A stretch of 64,000 nucleotides of DNA from Spirochaetia bacterium (GCA_963666985.2 CAXXIA010000002.1:1088001-1152000), one strand, 5' to 3'. Shown: positions 1 to 9,994, numbered from the stretch's first letter. Numbers and translations are program-made. Notes: a model not told the origin generated them from the sequence alone.

Positions 1-735
1 CTCAAGAAACACGGCTTTACCGTTACCATCACACCGGACATCGCCCGCGAGGAAATCGCCGAAGGTATCGGCTTTAATCCCCGAGGCGAAGAATCCAACC
101 ATCTACTCGCTGGAAGGCACCGGCACCTGCCTTGTGGGCACCGCCGAAATCACCCTGGGCGGCTATTATTCCGGAGAAATCATCAACCTGGAGAACGGTC
201 CCATTCTGATGGCCGGGCTCTCGCACTGCTTCCGCCGCGAAGCCGGGGCCGCGGGGTCAGTACTCCAAAGGTCTCTACCGGGTTCATCAGTTCACGAAAG
301 TGGAAATGTTCGTCTATTCCAAGGCCGAAGAGTCCGACGATCTTCTGATGAAGCTGCGCGGGATTGAGGAAGAAATCTTCAACGGCTTGGGTATTCCTTT
401 CCGCGTGGTGGACACCTGCACCGGCGATCTGGGGGCTCCGGCTTACCGCAAGTTTGATTTGGAGGCCTGGATGCCCGGCCGCGGCGATGACGGTGACTGG
501 GGCGAGGTAACCTCCACGTCCAACTGTACCGACTATCAAGCCCGCCGCCTGGGGATTCGCTACAAAGAGGACGGCAAAACACGATTCGCCCACACCCTCA
601 ACGGTACGGCCGTGGCCATCTCCCGCGCCATGATCGCCGTTCTGGAAAATGGGCAACAGGCCGACGGTTCGGTCAAAATCCCCGAGGTTCTGGTGCCCCT
701 ACTGCGGCTTTTCAGAGATTCCGGCAAAGGGATGA
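1..735 (+). CDS. serS: Seryl-tRNA synthetase, 3' part (truncated by window edge, three apparent +1 indels)
   Basis: SerRS motifs are spread over successive frames: [12 protein letters not shown] / LVGTAEI...[12 protein letters not shown] / [14 protein letters not shown]...[13 protein letters not shown]...[16 protein letters not shown]...HTLNGTAVA...[18 protein letters not shown] / YCGF. Shifts near 100, 256 and 697. Stop TGA at 733-735. Confidence 0.95.
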
Positions 736-2176
736 CCCCGCGGCGCGGTTCGGATAACGGGCGCTCCCGATTCGATCGGAGGCCGCTCTGGTTCGGCGGC
801 ACGCACCGCCGAGCAGTCCAAAACCGCCGAGCAGTCCAAAACCGCGGAGAGCCGGTCCGAAACCAGGGCCGCCGTCTCGCCTCCCAAAGGCAAACCGCTG
901 ACGGCCGAAAGCGGCTCGGCAAGATCACCCGCAGGCCATCCCGGCCCACCCGACTTTTTCTCCCTTGCCGAGAACCGCCTCGCCTTTCCTCTCGCCGTCG
1001 CCGAAATCGGCACCGCCCACGGCGGAGACCTGGTCCGCGGCCTGGAACTCATCGACGCCCGCCGCCGACTCCGGCGCCCATGTCGCGAAAATCCAGGTTG
1101 TGTTCGCCGATGAGATCCTTCCCCCCGAGGCCGGACTCGTTCCCCTTCCCGGCGGCGACACCCCCCTTTTCGACGTTTTCCGATCCCTTGAACGGGCCGC
1201 CCGACTTCTACGCGGCCCTGGCCGAACGCGCCGCAAAGCGCGGCATTGGATTCCTGGCCAGTCCCTTCGGCGAACAAAGCGTCCGGCTCCTGGAAGAGCT
1301 CGGCGTGCGCGCCTGGAAAGTCGCCTCACCGGAACTCAACCACGAGCCCCTCCTCGAACGCCTGACCCATACCGGACTGCCCATCATCCTTTCCACCGGC
1401 GTTTCCACGCTGGAAGATATCGAAAGAGCCTTATACGTGATCACCGAAGCCCGCCGCGGAATTGCCGCTCCGATTCCGCCGACCTCCCCCCCCGCCGATT
1501 TCGGGGGTGCCGAATCGAAGCATCAGGCCGCCGCTTCCGGCTTCCCCAAAAACCGCCGCTGATTCTCCTCCATTGCCTCACCTCCTACCCGGCCGCCGAA
1601 AACGAAGCGAATCTTCGAATTATTTCAACACTGCGGCGCACCTTCGGCCATCCGGTCGGTCTCTCCGACCACAGCCTGGACCCGATACTACTCCCTTCCC
1701 TCGCCGTCGCCCTCGGCGCGGTCTTGGTGGAAAAACACATCACTCTGAATAAATCCGCAGGCGGTCTTGATGACCCGGTGGCCCTCAACCCCGATGACTT
1801 TTCCCGGATGACCGCGGCGATGGCGCGATTCACCGGCGCCGATATTCGAGAGGCCGTTAAGGAATTGGCCTGTGAATACGGACGGGAACGGGTGGAAGCC
1901 TGCCTGGGCGACGGCGCGAAAAAACCGGCCGCATCGGAACTCCCCAATTACGGCCGGACCAACCGGTCTCTTCACGCCGTCGGTCCTCTCTCCTCCGGCA
2001 CCATACTCACCCCGCGGAATACCGCCCTGCTGCGAACCGAGAAAGTCCTCCGGCCGGGTATTCCGCCAAAATTCCGTCATGAGATCTACGGGAAACCCCT
2101 TATCCGCGATGTCGCTTCGGGAGACGGCATCACCTGGGACGATCTTGCTCTCGCGTCAAAAGCCGCCGGTAAGTAA
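732..2176 (+). CDS. N-acetylneuraminate/nonulosonic acid synthase family (NeuB/SpsE-like) with C-terminal SAF domain; about 4 apparent indels, start uncertain
   Basis: Motifs [53 protein letters not shown] and GLDDPVAL, with an RSLHA...RPGIPP SAF tail. They are distributed over three frames with shifts near 1058, 1194, 1490 and 1550. Confidence 0.85.
805..846 (+). repeat. 18-bp tandem repeat ACCGCCGAGCAGTCCAAA x2 plus a partial third copy
   Basis: Perfect copies at 805-822 and 823-840. They encode [12 protein letters not shown] in the frame that runs into the NeuB AEIG motif. Confidence 0.9.
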
Positions 2177-2301
2177 AAAAAACCGGTCGAACCGAAGAAT
2201 CCTTATCCGGGCCATACCGCGCCGGATTCGGTCGATTCGGCACAAAGAATCAGGCACACTCCCGTTCACCCCGTGCCCAAACCACCCGCTTGCAGGCTAT
2301 C

Positions 2302-4326
2302 ATGCCCCCATGGAATCACCCGTTAACCGACACGGAACTGCGTCAAGAGCTTGATTCGATGATTCTCTCCGCCTCCGGATGGCGGAAAGTCTTCGCTCCC
2401 GACGGCGAACACGGCTCAGGAACCCTGTCCTCGGCCGCCGATACGCTCCTGGCAGCGGGCATGGGCCTCGTTTGGGGAGAATGGCTCACAGAACGTCTTG
2501 AAAAAGCAGATCCGGCCGTACTGCTTGCCACGGATACCCGGCCCACCGGCCCGCTTCTGGCCGAATTCCTGATGAGGGGGTTGGAATCCACCGGATGCCG
2601 CACCCTTTACGCCGGTATCGCGGCCGCTCCGGAAGCCATGGCCCGCTGTGGCAATGACGATGATATCAACGCCTTCGCCTATGTTTCGGCAAGCCACAAT
2701 CCGCTGGGGCACAACGGCGTGAAATTCGGCCTGGGCGGCGGTGTTATCGGCGGCGAGGATGCCAAAAATCTTATCGCGCGCTTCCGTACTCTCATCGGCT
2801 CGGAAGGGGCCGCGAAAACTCTGACGGAAATCGCCGGGGGGGCGGAGGCGCTTTCCGGCCGCGGGAAAAACATCCGGCCCGCGGAAAAGAAAGAAAAAAC
2901 TCTCTGCCTTAACTCCTACCGCGATTTTCTTGAAGAAATCGCCGGCGGCCCCGGAGACGCCGAATCGCGAAAAGAAACCCTTTCAGCCTTAAGGAAAACG
3001 CTCAAAGAGCGGCCGCTGGGCATCATCGCCGATCTGAACGGCAGCGCCCGCTGTCTTTCGGCGGATCGGGATTGGTTTGACTCCCTCGGCGTCCGTTTCG
3101 CCCCCTTCAACACAGCTCCCGGTGAAATCGCCCATGCCATTCTTCCCGAAGGCGCCTCCCTGGAGCCCTGCCGCCGGGCGCTGGAAAAGGCCCATGCCGA
3201 CGATCCTTCCGTTCTCATCGGTTATGTCCCGGACAATGATGGGGATAGGGGAAATTTAGTCATTTGGGATGACTCAACAGGCGGCGCGCGCATCCTGGAG
3301 GCCCAGGAAGTCTTCGCGCTCTCGGCTCTGGCCGAACTGGCCTCGGCCGCTTGGGCCGACGGCGGCCAGTTCAGCCACGGCACCACTGCAGGCGGCGCTC
3401 CGTGCGGCGGCGCTTCCGGCGGTAAACCTTCCGGAAACAAAGCCTCCGAACTTTCCACCGGCGAACATCTTCCCACAGGTACCGCTCAAACCGCTCCGCG
3501 AACGGCCCTTGTTGTCAACGGACCCACAAGCCACCGCGTCCGCTCAATCGCCGCCGCCTACGGAGCCGAAGTGCATGAAGCCGAAGTGGGCGAAGCCAAC
3601 GTCGTGAACCGGGCCGCCGAACTGCGCGCCGCCGGGTACCGGGTCCGCCTGCTGGGCGAGGGATCCAACGGCGGCACCATCACTCATCCCGCGGCCGTCC
3701 GCGATCCCCTGAACACCGTTACCGCCCTTCTGAAATTGCTGCGGCTTCCTTCAAAGCCCGGACGCCCCGCGCCTTTTGAGGACTGGTGCCGCCGCATCGG
3801 AAAGCCGGAGGCCCATCATAACGGATTCGGTCCCTCCGACATCCTGAAAACCCTCCCCCCTTTCACCACAACACCGGCCTCGGCCGAACGGGCGCTTATG
3901 CACATCGAAACTCTCAGTCACGGCGATCTGAAAACGGCATGGGAAGCGGTCTTCCACAGGCAATGGTCGCTCTATTCCAAGGCGCTTCAAGAAACCTATG
4001 GATTCGCCGACTGGATTGAAGTGAACAACGAAGGAACCCTCAGCCGGACGGGCGTCGGCGATGCGATGCGAAGCGGCGCGAAAAAAGGCGGGCTGAAAGT
4101 CGTTTTCCGGGATGTTCACGGCGAAGACGCAGGCTTCCTTTGGATGCGGGGCAGCGGCACCGAACCGGTCTTCCGGGTTATGACCGAAATCCGCGGCGAA
4201 AACCGCGGAGCGGAACAGGCGCTGACGGCCTGGCACCGGGGCATGGTCGGCGCGGCCGATGCGCTCGCCTTGGGAAGGAGCTTCGACGAATCGGAAATCC
4301 CCGCTCCGACGGGCGGGAATCATTAA
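2302..4326 (+). CDS. Alpha-D-phosphohexomutase (phosphoglucomutase/phosphomannomutase family)
   Basis: Motifs SASGWRKVF, TDTRPTG, catalytic SASHNP, metal loop PDNDGDR, GEGSNGG and RGSGTEP. The true start may be ATG 2310 with a +1 indel just downstream. Confidence 0.9.
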   Translation: MPPWNHPLTDTELRQELDSMILSASGWRKVFAPDGEHGSGTLSSAADTLLAAGMGLVWGEWLTERLEKADPAVLLATDTRPTGPLLAEFLMRGLESTGCRTLYAGIAAAPEAMARCGNDDDINAFAYVSASHNPLGHNGVKFGLGGGVIGGEDAKNLIARFRTLIGSEGAAKTLTEIAGGAEALSGRGKNIRPAEKKEKTLCLNSYRDFLEEIAGGPGDAESRKETLSALRKTLKERPLGIIADLNGSARCLSADRDWFDSLGVRFAPFNTAPGEIAHAILPEGASLEPCRRALEKAHADDPSVLIGYVPDNDGDRGNLVIWDDSTGGARILEAQEVFALSALAELASAAWADGGQFSHGTTAGGAPCGGASGGKPSGNKASELSTGEHLPTGTAQTAPRTALVVNGPTSHRVRSIAAAYGAEVHEAEVGEANVVNRAAELRAAGYRVRLLGEGSNGGTITHPAAVRDPLNTVTALLKLLRLPSKPGRPAPFEDWCRRIGKPEAHHNGFGPSDILKTLPPFTTTPASAERALMHIETLSHGDLKTAWEAVFHRQWSLYSKALQETYGFADWIEVNNEGTLSRTGVGDAMRSGAKKGGLKVVFRDVHGEDAGFLWMRGSGTEPVFRVMTEIRGENRGAEQALTAWHRGMVGAADALALGRSFDESEIPAPTGGNH

Positions 4327-4502
4327 ACCGCCGAAGCACTCCCAAACCGGCCTTCATAACGGTGAAAATATGAAGGAAAAAAATAATCGGCATGAAATGG
4401 AGATTCTTCAAACTTCGTCAATTATGATTTTTGAAAGAGATTCCATTTAAATTGTAAAAAAAGCCATTCTGCCTATGATTATTTAATAATAAGGTATGAT
4501 TT

Positions 4503-5648
4503 ATGGATAAATTCAAAACAATTGAATCGAATCTCCTCATGTCTCTTGCCATGATAATGATTATTGTTTTTGTAAGCATAAAGCGGAATACACGTTCCGT
4601 ACCCAACAGGCTTTATCTGGGATTGTGCTGGAGTACATTAATCGTTCTTATTTTTGATGCCGCCGCCATGCTTGTCGATAAAAACGTTAACGGAAATTGG
4701 ATTTGGTTGAACTATCTAACAAATTTTCTCTTATTTCTCTTTATGCCTCTGCCTTTTACCATTTGGATGTATTACACGGATTTCATCTTAAACAAAACCG
4801 AGAGAATACTAAAAAAACGCTGGTACTTTTCTTTACCATTCTTTCTGACCATTCTTGTTATGTTCTATTCAGCGTTTACAGGCTTAATTTTCTATGTTGA
4901 TAAAAACAACGTGTATCATAGAGGCCCCGGCTGCTCAATAATGATTCTTATTTACATTCTGCTTTTCTTTTATTCGTTTATTCTTGCAATTCAACATAGA
5001 CGTACGGCGGGGAAAAAGGTTCTTAGCTTAATTCTCTTTTTTGGAATAGCGCCCATACTGGGACTCATTGTTCAGCTCATTAATTACGGGATTCTTGTAA
5101 TTTGGCCTTCGGTTGCCCTTATGGTTGTGTTCGCCTATATATTTCTGGAAACCCAGAGGGAAATCAGGGACTATCTTACAGGACTCTTAAACCGTCAGCA
5201 GATTGATGAAATCATCCACAGCCGAATCATCAATTATCCAAGAAAAGGCGGTTTCGGCCTGATTATGATTGATATGGACGGTTTCAAGCAAATCAACGAT
5301 CTGTATGGTCACAGCCGGGGTGATGAAGCGCTTGTTCAGCTCTCAACCGTATTGCTCGGTCATACGAAGAGCCGTGATAGAGTGGCCCGATTCGGAGGAG
5401 ATGAATTTATTGTTTTGGTCGAATCCGATGACGAGGGTGATATTGAAAAAATCATCGACAGAATCCAAAACAAGATAAAATCGATAAATGAAAAAAGCAA
5501 TAAACCTTACAAAATTGCGATAAGCGCCGGCTACACACTCTATTCGCCCGAAAAGCATCAAAATATCACGCAGCTCCTGAATGACGCGGATGAACAAATG
5601 TATCGGATGAAAGCCGAACGGAAAAAGACAATCACCGGCACGTATTAA
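4503..5648 (+). CDS. Membrane-bound diguanylate cyclase (GGDEF domain)
   Basis: About 7 hydrophobic N-terminal segments, then DYLTGLLNR, IDMDGFKQINDLYGHSRGD, RFGGDEF, ISAG and ADEQMY. Confidence 0.92.
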   Translation: MDKFKTIESNLLMSLAMIMIIVFVSIKRNTRSVPNRLYLGLCWSTLIVLIFDAAAMLVDKNVNGNWIWLNYLTNFLLFLFMPLPFTIWMYYTDFILNKTERILKKRWYFSLPFFLTILVMFYSAFTGLIFYVDKNNVYHRGPGCSIMILIYILLFFYSFILAIQHRRTAGKKVLSLILFFGIAPILGLIVQLINYGILVIWPSVALMVVFAYIFLETQREIRDYLTGLLNRQQIDEIIHSRIINYPRKGGFGLIMIDMDGFKQINDLYGHSRGDEALVQLSTVLLGHTKSRDRVARFGGDEFIVLVESDDEGDIEKIIDRIQNKIKSINEKSNKPYKIAISAGYTLYSPEKHQNITQLLNDADEQMYRMKAERKKTITGTY

Positions 5649-5751
5649 ACGGCTCCGAGAAACACTCTTTTTCCCGATAAGAAAAAGACCGCGGATTCAA
5701 AAAAACGAAAGATTCCCGGGATTGATGAAAAGAAATGCGGCGCGGACGAAC

Positions 5752-6756
5752 CTAAGCCACGCCCACCGCTTTTCGAAGCCGTGAAATCGTCTTTTGCGCC
5801 ACCGCTCTGGCGCGCTCGGCGCCATTCGCGAGAACGGCGTCTATCTGCGCGGTATCGGCCATCAGCGCGTCGTAGGTTTCGCGCATCGGAGCGATAATCT
5901 CGTTGAGTTTCTCAAAAAGCTCCTGTTTCGCGTGCCCCCAGCCCATGCCTCCGGCGCGGTATCGCGCGGCCAGAGCCGCTTGTTCCTGTGAACTTGAAAA
6001 AAGCTTGTAAAGCGCGAAGACGTTGCATGTTTCGGGATCCTTAGGCTCCTCCACGCTCTGACTGTTGGTAACGATCTTCATAATCGTCTTGCGAAGCTGC
6101 TTTTCAGGCATGAAAAGAGGAATATGATTGTCGTAGCTCTTGGACATCTTCCTCCCATCCAGCCCCGGTATGGTCATCAAATCTTCGCTGGTGCGGGCCT
6201 GCGGGATGGTCAGAAGCTCTTTCCCATAATTATGGTTGATCACCCCGGCGATGTCCTGGGCCATTTCCACGTGCTGCACCTGATCTTTCCCCACCGGCAC
6301 CATGTCGGTATCGAACAGCAGGATGTCCGCGGCCATCAGCACCGGATATGTGTAAAGCCCCATATTAATCTGATGATCGTCGCTCTGACCCTTTTCCCGA
6401 TTGGCGTCTACCGCCGCCTTGTAGGCATGCGCCCGATTCATGAGCCCCTTGGCCGTAAAGGCCATCAGAATCGTTGTGAGTTCAAACGTTTCGGGAATGT
6501 CGGACTGCTTATAAAGAAGAACCTTTTCCGGATCCAAACCGGCGGCCAGCCACACCGCGGCAACCTCATAGATATAAGAACGCAGAGTTTTTGCGTCCCG
6601 GACGGAATTCAGTGAATGATAATCGGCTATGAAAAACCGGGCCTCGGTGTTTTCCTCTTCAGCCATGTTTAAAGCCGGACGAATGGCTCCGAGGTAATTG
6701 CCCAAATGGGGCATTCCGGTGGGCTTAATTCCCGTCAAAACAACCTTACTGCTCAT
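5752..6756 (-). CDS. trpS: Tryptophanyl-tRNA synthetase
   Basis: TGIKPTG..HLGNY (HIGH-type), YPVLMAADIL, VPVGKDQVQH and KMSKS. Confidence 0.97.
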   Translation of the reverse strand: MSSKVVLTGIKPTGMPHLGNYLGAIRPALNMAEEENTEARFFIADYHSLNSVRDAKTLRSYIYEVAAVWLAAGLDPEKVLLYKQSDIPETFELTTILMAFTAKGLMNRAHAYKAAVDANREKGQSDDHQINMGLYTYPVLMAADILLFDTDMVPVGKDQVQHVEMAQDIAGVINHNYGKELLTIPQARTSEDLMTIPGLDGRKMSKSYDNHIPLFMPEKQLRKTIMKIVTNSQSVEEPKDPETCNVFALYKLFSSSQEQAALAARYRAGGMGWGHAKQELFEKLNEIIAPMRETYDALMADTAQIDAVLANGAERARAVAQKTISRLRKAVGVA

Positions 6757-6934
6757 GAACCATGAGTATAGTCACGCATAATGAATGGGTGAAGAGGAAC
6801 CTAATCCTTAAATCATCTGCAAATTATGAGGATAAGAACCTAATAAAATCCCTTCGGCCGTCGCTAATCAGGAGGAAATTGATCAAAAAAACAAGATCGC
6901 GATTAAATACCCGATAATCGAATCCCGCCCTCTG

Positions 6935-6967
6935 TTCACCAGATCTTCACAAAACCTACAAAGAATC
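6935..6967 (+). promoter_or_regulatory. 11-bp-periodic direct repeats, putative OmpR/PhoB-family operator
   Basis: TTCACCagatc-TTCACAaaacc-TACAAAgaatc, located about 50-80 bp upstream of an OmpR-family regulator. Confidence 0.5.
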
Positions 6968-7013
6968 TCCCCAACTACTAGCGTGCGGGGCACCCGTCGT
7001 CTAATATTGAATC

Positions 7014-7700
7014 ATGGCACATGTTTTCGTTGTCGATGATAATGCCTCCATCCGAGAAGCCGTTACCGGCTATCTTCAGCTTGCCGATCACACGGTATCC
7101 GGATTCGGCGATCTTTCGGGTGTAAAAACCGCTCTGGAAACAACCACGCCCGATCTTATTCTCCTGGACGTAATGCTCCCCGACGGAGACGGTTTCATCT
7201 TCGCCAAAGAGCTTCTGAGCAGCCGGTCCATACCGCTCATTTTCATGTCGGCCCGCGAATCCGAATCCGACCGTATCACCGGATTCGAAATAGGCGCCGA
7301 CGACTATATTGTGAAACCTTTCAGTCCGAAAGAACTGGTTCTGAGGGTGGCGGCCGTTCTGAAACGGGCCTCGGGCCCCTCGGCACCGGCGGGAGGAGGG
7401 AACTGGGTTCTGGACAATCAGGTGCTTACCATTGATGAGAACGCCCACAGAGTCATGTTAAACGGGGAAATGCTCAACCTCACCGCCGCGGAATGGAAAA
7501 TCCTCCTCTTTCTCTCCTCCAACGGCGGTACCGTCGTGACTCGGGAACAAATTCTGGACCGCTGTTTGGAATATTCTTTTGAAGGGTACGACAGAACGGT
7601 GGACACTCATATCAAAAATCTTCGGGCGAAACTGGATAAACCCGATTGGATCGAAACGGTTCGCGGTTACGGATATCGTTTCGCGGGAGAATCGAGATAA
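7014..7700 (+). CDS. OmpR/PhoB-family DNA-binding response regulator (no adjacent kinase)
   Basis: Receiver motifs VVDD, LLDVMLP, GADDYIVKPF, and winged helix RTVDTHIKNLRAKL...ETVRGYGY. Confidence 0.95.
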   Translation: MAHVFVVDDNASIREAVTGYLQLADHTVSGFGDLSGVKTALETTTPDLILLDVMLPDGDGFIFAKELLSSRSIPLIFMSARESESDRITGFEIGADDYIVKPFSPKELVLRVAAVLKRASGPSAPAGGGNWVLDNQVLTIDENAHRVMLNGEMLNLTAAEWKILLFLSSNGGTVVTREQILDRCLEYSFEGYDRTVDTHIKNLRAKLDKPDWIETVRGYGYRFAGESR

Positions 7701-7934
7701 ACCTTTCTCCATTTCCCCGAATAAATTATCTCATGACAAATCCTCAAAAAACGTCTAAATAAGCAAAGATAATCCGGCTTATTCGTCACTCCTTTTCAAC
7801 CCCAATGAAATCGGTATATTCACTTTTCATAAGCATTTCATTTGAAACCGATATAAAAAAATCATCCTAAAAAACCAACATATTTGTCTATAAATCAATA
7901 TTTTACTTCCATTACTATCTTGAAAGCATTGTCC

Positions 7935-7964
7935 TTGACAGTTCTTTTCAGGCCTTGTTATACT
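7935..7964 (+). promoter_or_regulatory. Strong sigma70-type promoter of the porin-like gene
   Basis: TTGACA (7935-7940), 18 nt spacer, TATACT (7959-7964) with extended TGn and AT-rich upstream DNA. Confidence 0.75.
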
Positions 7965-8042
7965 CGTTCATAATCAACTGCGGGAGTTAGGCCGTCGGCT
8001 TTATCCCGTGGATAAAATCACAAGGAAAGGGATGATTAAGAA

Positions 8043-9164
8043 ATGAAGAAACTTTCTCTCATTCTGGTTCTTCTTCTCGCTGTTGGTCTTGCCGCGTTTG
8101 CCGGTGAGCCTTCCGTTAGTGGTACTTTAGGTACTCAAATCAACTTCGACGATGATGGTGATATCGGTAACATCGGTAAGTTACGTGTCGCTCTTGCATT
8201 CCCCGTGGGTGACTATATCACCGTAAACATGGATCTGCGAAACGATGCATGGGCGTCCGGCACCATCGCCGATACGACCTTCACCGACAGCGGTACAGAT
8301 ACTGTCGATGTCGGTTTCGATCTGCCGGGTTACTTCTACTTCAACCAGGTTTATGCCACCACCGACATTTCCGGTATTTTCGGCATCGACGCCGTTGCTC
8401 TGAAGCTCTACACCGGTAACTTCGAGTACTGGATTGCCAACTGGAACTCCCCCACTTCAACCAACCGCGCTCGGGTTGTTGAGACCTTCCAAATTGGTGG
8501 ATCGGATGCTTCTCCCGACATGGCTTTGGATGTCGGCATCGGTTCTTTCGGTACCATTGCGGCTTACATTGAGACCACTGCTGGTTCCGATACACTCGGC
8601 TACAAGTTCGGTTTCATTCTCGGACCTGTTGTCGACGGTTTGAACGCCGCCCTTTCTTACAGCGGTACCGATGGCATTTCCTACATGAAGGTAGAAGCTG
8701 GTTACACCCTCGCTTTCGGCGACGGCATGAGCCTCTACATTCCCGTGGGCTTTATTTATGACCTCGAAGGCGAAGCAATGACCCTTGGTTTCGGTGCTAA
8801 GTTCTCTGGATTTGGCCTGAGCTTGGGTGCTGGTGCCAAACTTGCCACCAACACTGCTGATGAGATTTTCTTCTCCGTTCTCGACATCCAGCTTGCATAT
8901 GCCGTTATGGATAGCGGTTTGAGCATTTATGTAAATGCTTTCGGCGATCCTTCCGACATTGCTGACGGCGGTGCTGATGATGATTTCCTTCAGGCACTTG
9001 ATTTTGGTCTGAGCTATGACTTGGCCGGAAACACAATGTATGTCGGTTATGTTGCCGGTCTTGGCGACAGCGACACCACTGTTCCTCTGATGATGGACGA
9101 CAGCACAGGTCGTCATGGTATCACTGGAAGCGGTTTCTACATTGTTAACCGCATCAACTTCTAA
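8043..9164 (+). CDS. Predicted outer-membrane beta-barrel/porin-like protein
   Basis: SPase I signal (MKKLSLILVLLLAVGLAAFA), Gly/Asp/aromatic-rich alternating beta strands, C-terminal Phe, and codon usage typical of high expression (GGT, GCT, TTC, AAC). Confidence 0.7.
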   Translation: MKKLSLILVLLLAVGLAAFAGEPSVSGTLGTQINFDDDGDIGNIGKLRVALAFPVGDYITVNMDLRNDAWASGTIADTTFTDSGTDTVDVGFDLPGYFYFNQVYATTDISGIFGIDAVALKLYTGNFEYWIANWNSPTSTNRARVVETFQIGGSDASPDMALDVGIGSFGTIAAYIETTAGSDTLGYKFGFILGPVVDGLNAALSYSGTDGISYMKVEAGYTLAFGDGMSLYIPVGFIYDLEGEAMTLGFGAKFSGFGLSLGAGAKLATNTADEIFFSVLDIQLAYAVMDSGLSIYVNAFGDPSDIADGGADDDFLQALDFGLSYDLAGNTMYVGYVAGLGDSDTTVPLMMDDSTGRHGITGSGFYIVNRINF

Positions 9165-9195
9165 TTCAGTTTCTCTGGATTGAACTTGACTTAAC

Positions 9196-9230
9196 AAACC
9201 CCGGGTTTCGGCCCGGGGTTTTTCTTTTCT
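9196..9230 (+). terminator. Rho-independent terminator
   Basis: AAACCCCGGG-tttcgg-CCCGGGGTTT followed by a T-rich tail. Confidence 0.9.
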
Positions 9231-9285
9231 GACAATTTTTCCATCTTTCTTTTCTTTTGTAGCGTCCCGAGATAGGATGGATTTC

Positions 9286-9954
9286 ATGAAAAAACTGCTG
9301 ATTATCGGAGCCCTGCTCCTCTCCCTTCTTGCCGCTTCGTGTCAAACGGCAATACCGGAAATGCCCTGGACCGAATATGAAGTCTCCGGCATTGTTTTAA
9401 AAGTTCGCCCTGCCAGCCGGGAATCGCTCATTGAGAAATATGGCAATCCCAATACCGTGATGAATCCTTTACTCGATTATCCCAGCCTCATCCAGCAGCG
9501 AAAACTTTTTGTTCTGGAAGTGGAGATGTCTTCACCGGAAGTGGAAATTGAACTCATCACCCGGGAAACCACACTGGTCTATACCAGTGAAAAGAAAAGT
9601 AAAAACATTTTCAATCCTGAAACACAAGCTCTGGATGCGAAGCATCTCCAGGATGAATGGCTTGTCTATATGGAGAATTACGAACATTCGAAAATCCCCG
9701 AAATGACTTATAAAACGTACGATGCCCTGCCCGGCAACCTGGTGGCCAAACCCGGAGAACCGGCCAAGGGCTATCTCGTATTCCTTCGCCGATTTCCCAC
9801 ATCAGGCACGGCGGAACTCTCCCTGGCTCTTAAATCCGCGAACGGCGATACGGGCAGTATTCCCATCTCTATTGAAATCCCGGATTTAAACAAGAATAAG
9901 AAAACCGAGGTTCAAGAGAACACGGGAATATTCGCAGAACCGGCGAGCGAATAA
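9286..9954 (+). CDS. Hypothetical lipoprotein
   Basis: Lipobox MKKLLIIGALLLSLLAAS-C, 222 aa. Confidence 0.75.
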   Translation: MKKLLIIGALLLSLLAASCQTAIPEMPWTEYEVSGIVLKVRPASRESLIEKYGNPNTVMNPLLDYPSLIQQRKLFVLEVEMSSPEVEIELITRETTLVYTSEKKSKNIFNPETQALDAKHLQDEWLVYMENYEHSKIPEMTYKTYDALPGNLVAKPGEPAKGYLVFLRRFPTSGTAELSLALKSANGDTGSIPISIEIPDLNKNKKTEVQENTGIFAEPASE

Positions 9955-9962
9955 AATCAATT

Positions 9963-9994
9963 AAGGGGCCTTCCGGCATCCGGAAGGCCTTTTT
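9963..9994. terminator. Terminator between convergent genes
   Basis: GGCCTTCCGG-cat-CCGGAAGGCC followed by TTTTT. Confidence 0.8.

Noticed and set aside
805..846. Tandem repeat as a possible CRISPR or mini-array
   Set aside because: Only two adjacent 18-bp copies with no spacers, in frame within probable coding sequence, and no cas genes.
886..925. GGCAAACC...GAAA...GG resembling a c-di-GMP-I riboswitch
   Set aside because: The second stem (GACGCAAAGC) is absent and the segment probably codes for protein.
300..1562. 420-aa ORF that looks like a SerRS-NeuB fusion
   Set aside because: It is an artefact of indels. serS ends at 735 in another frame, and the Arg-rich middle is out-of-frame sequence.
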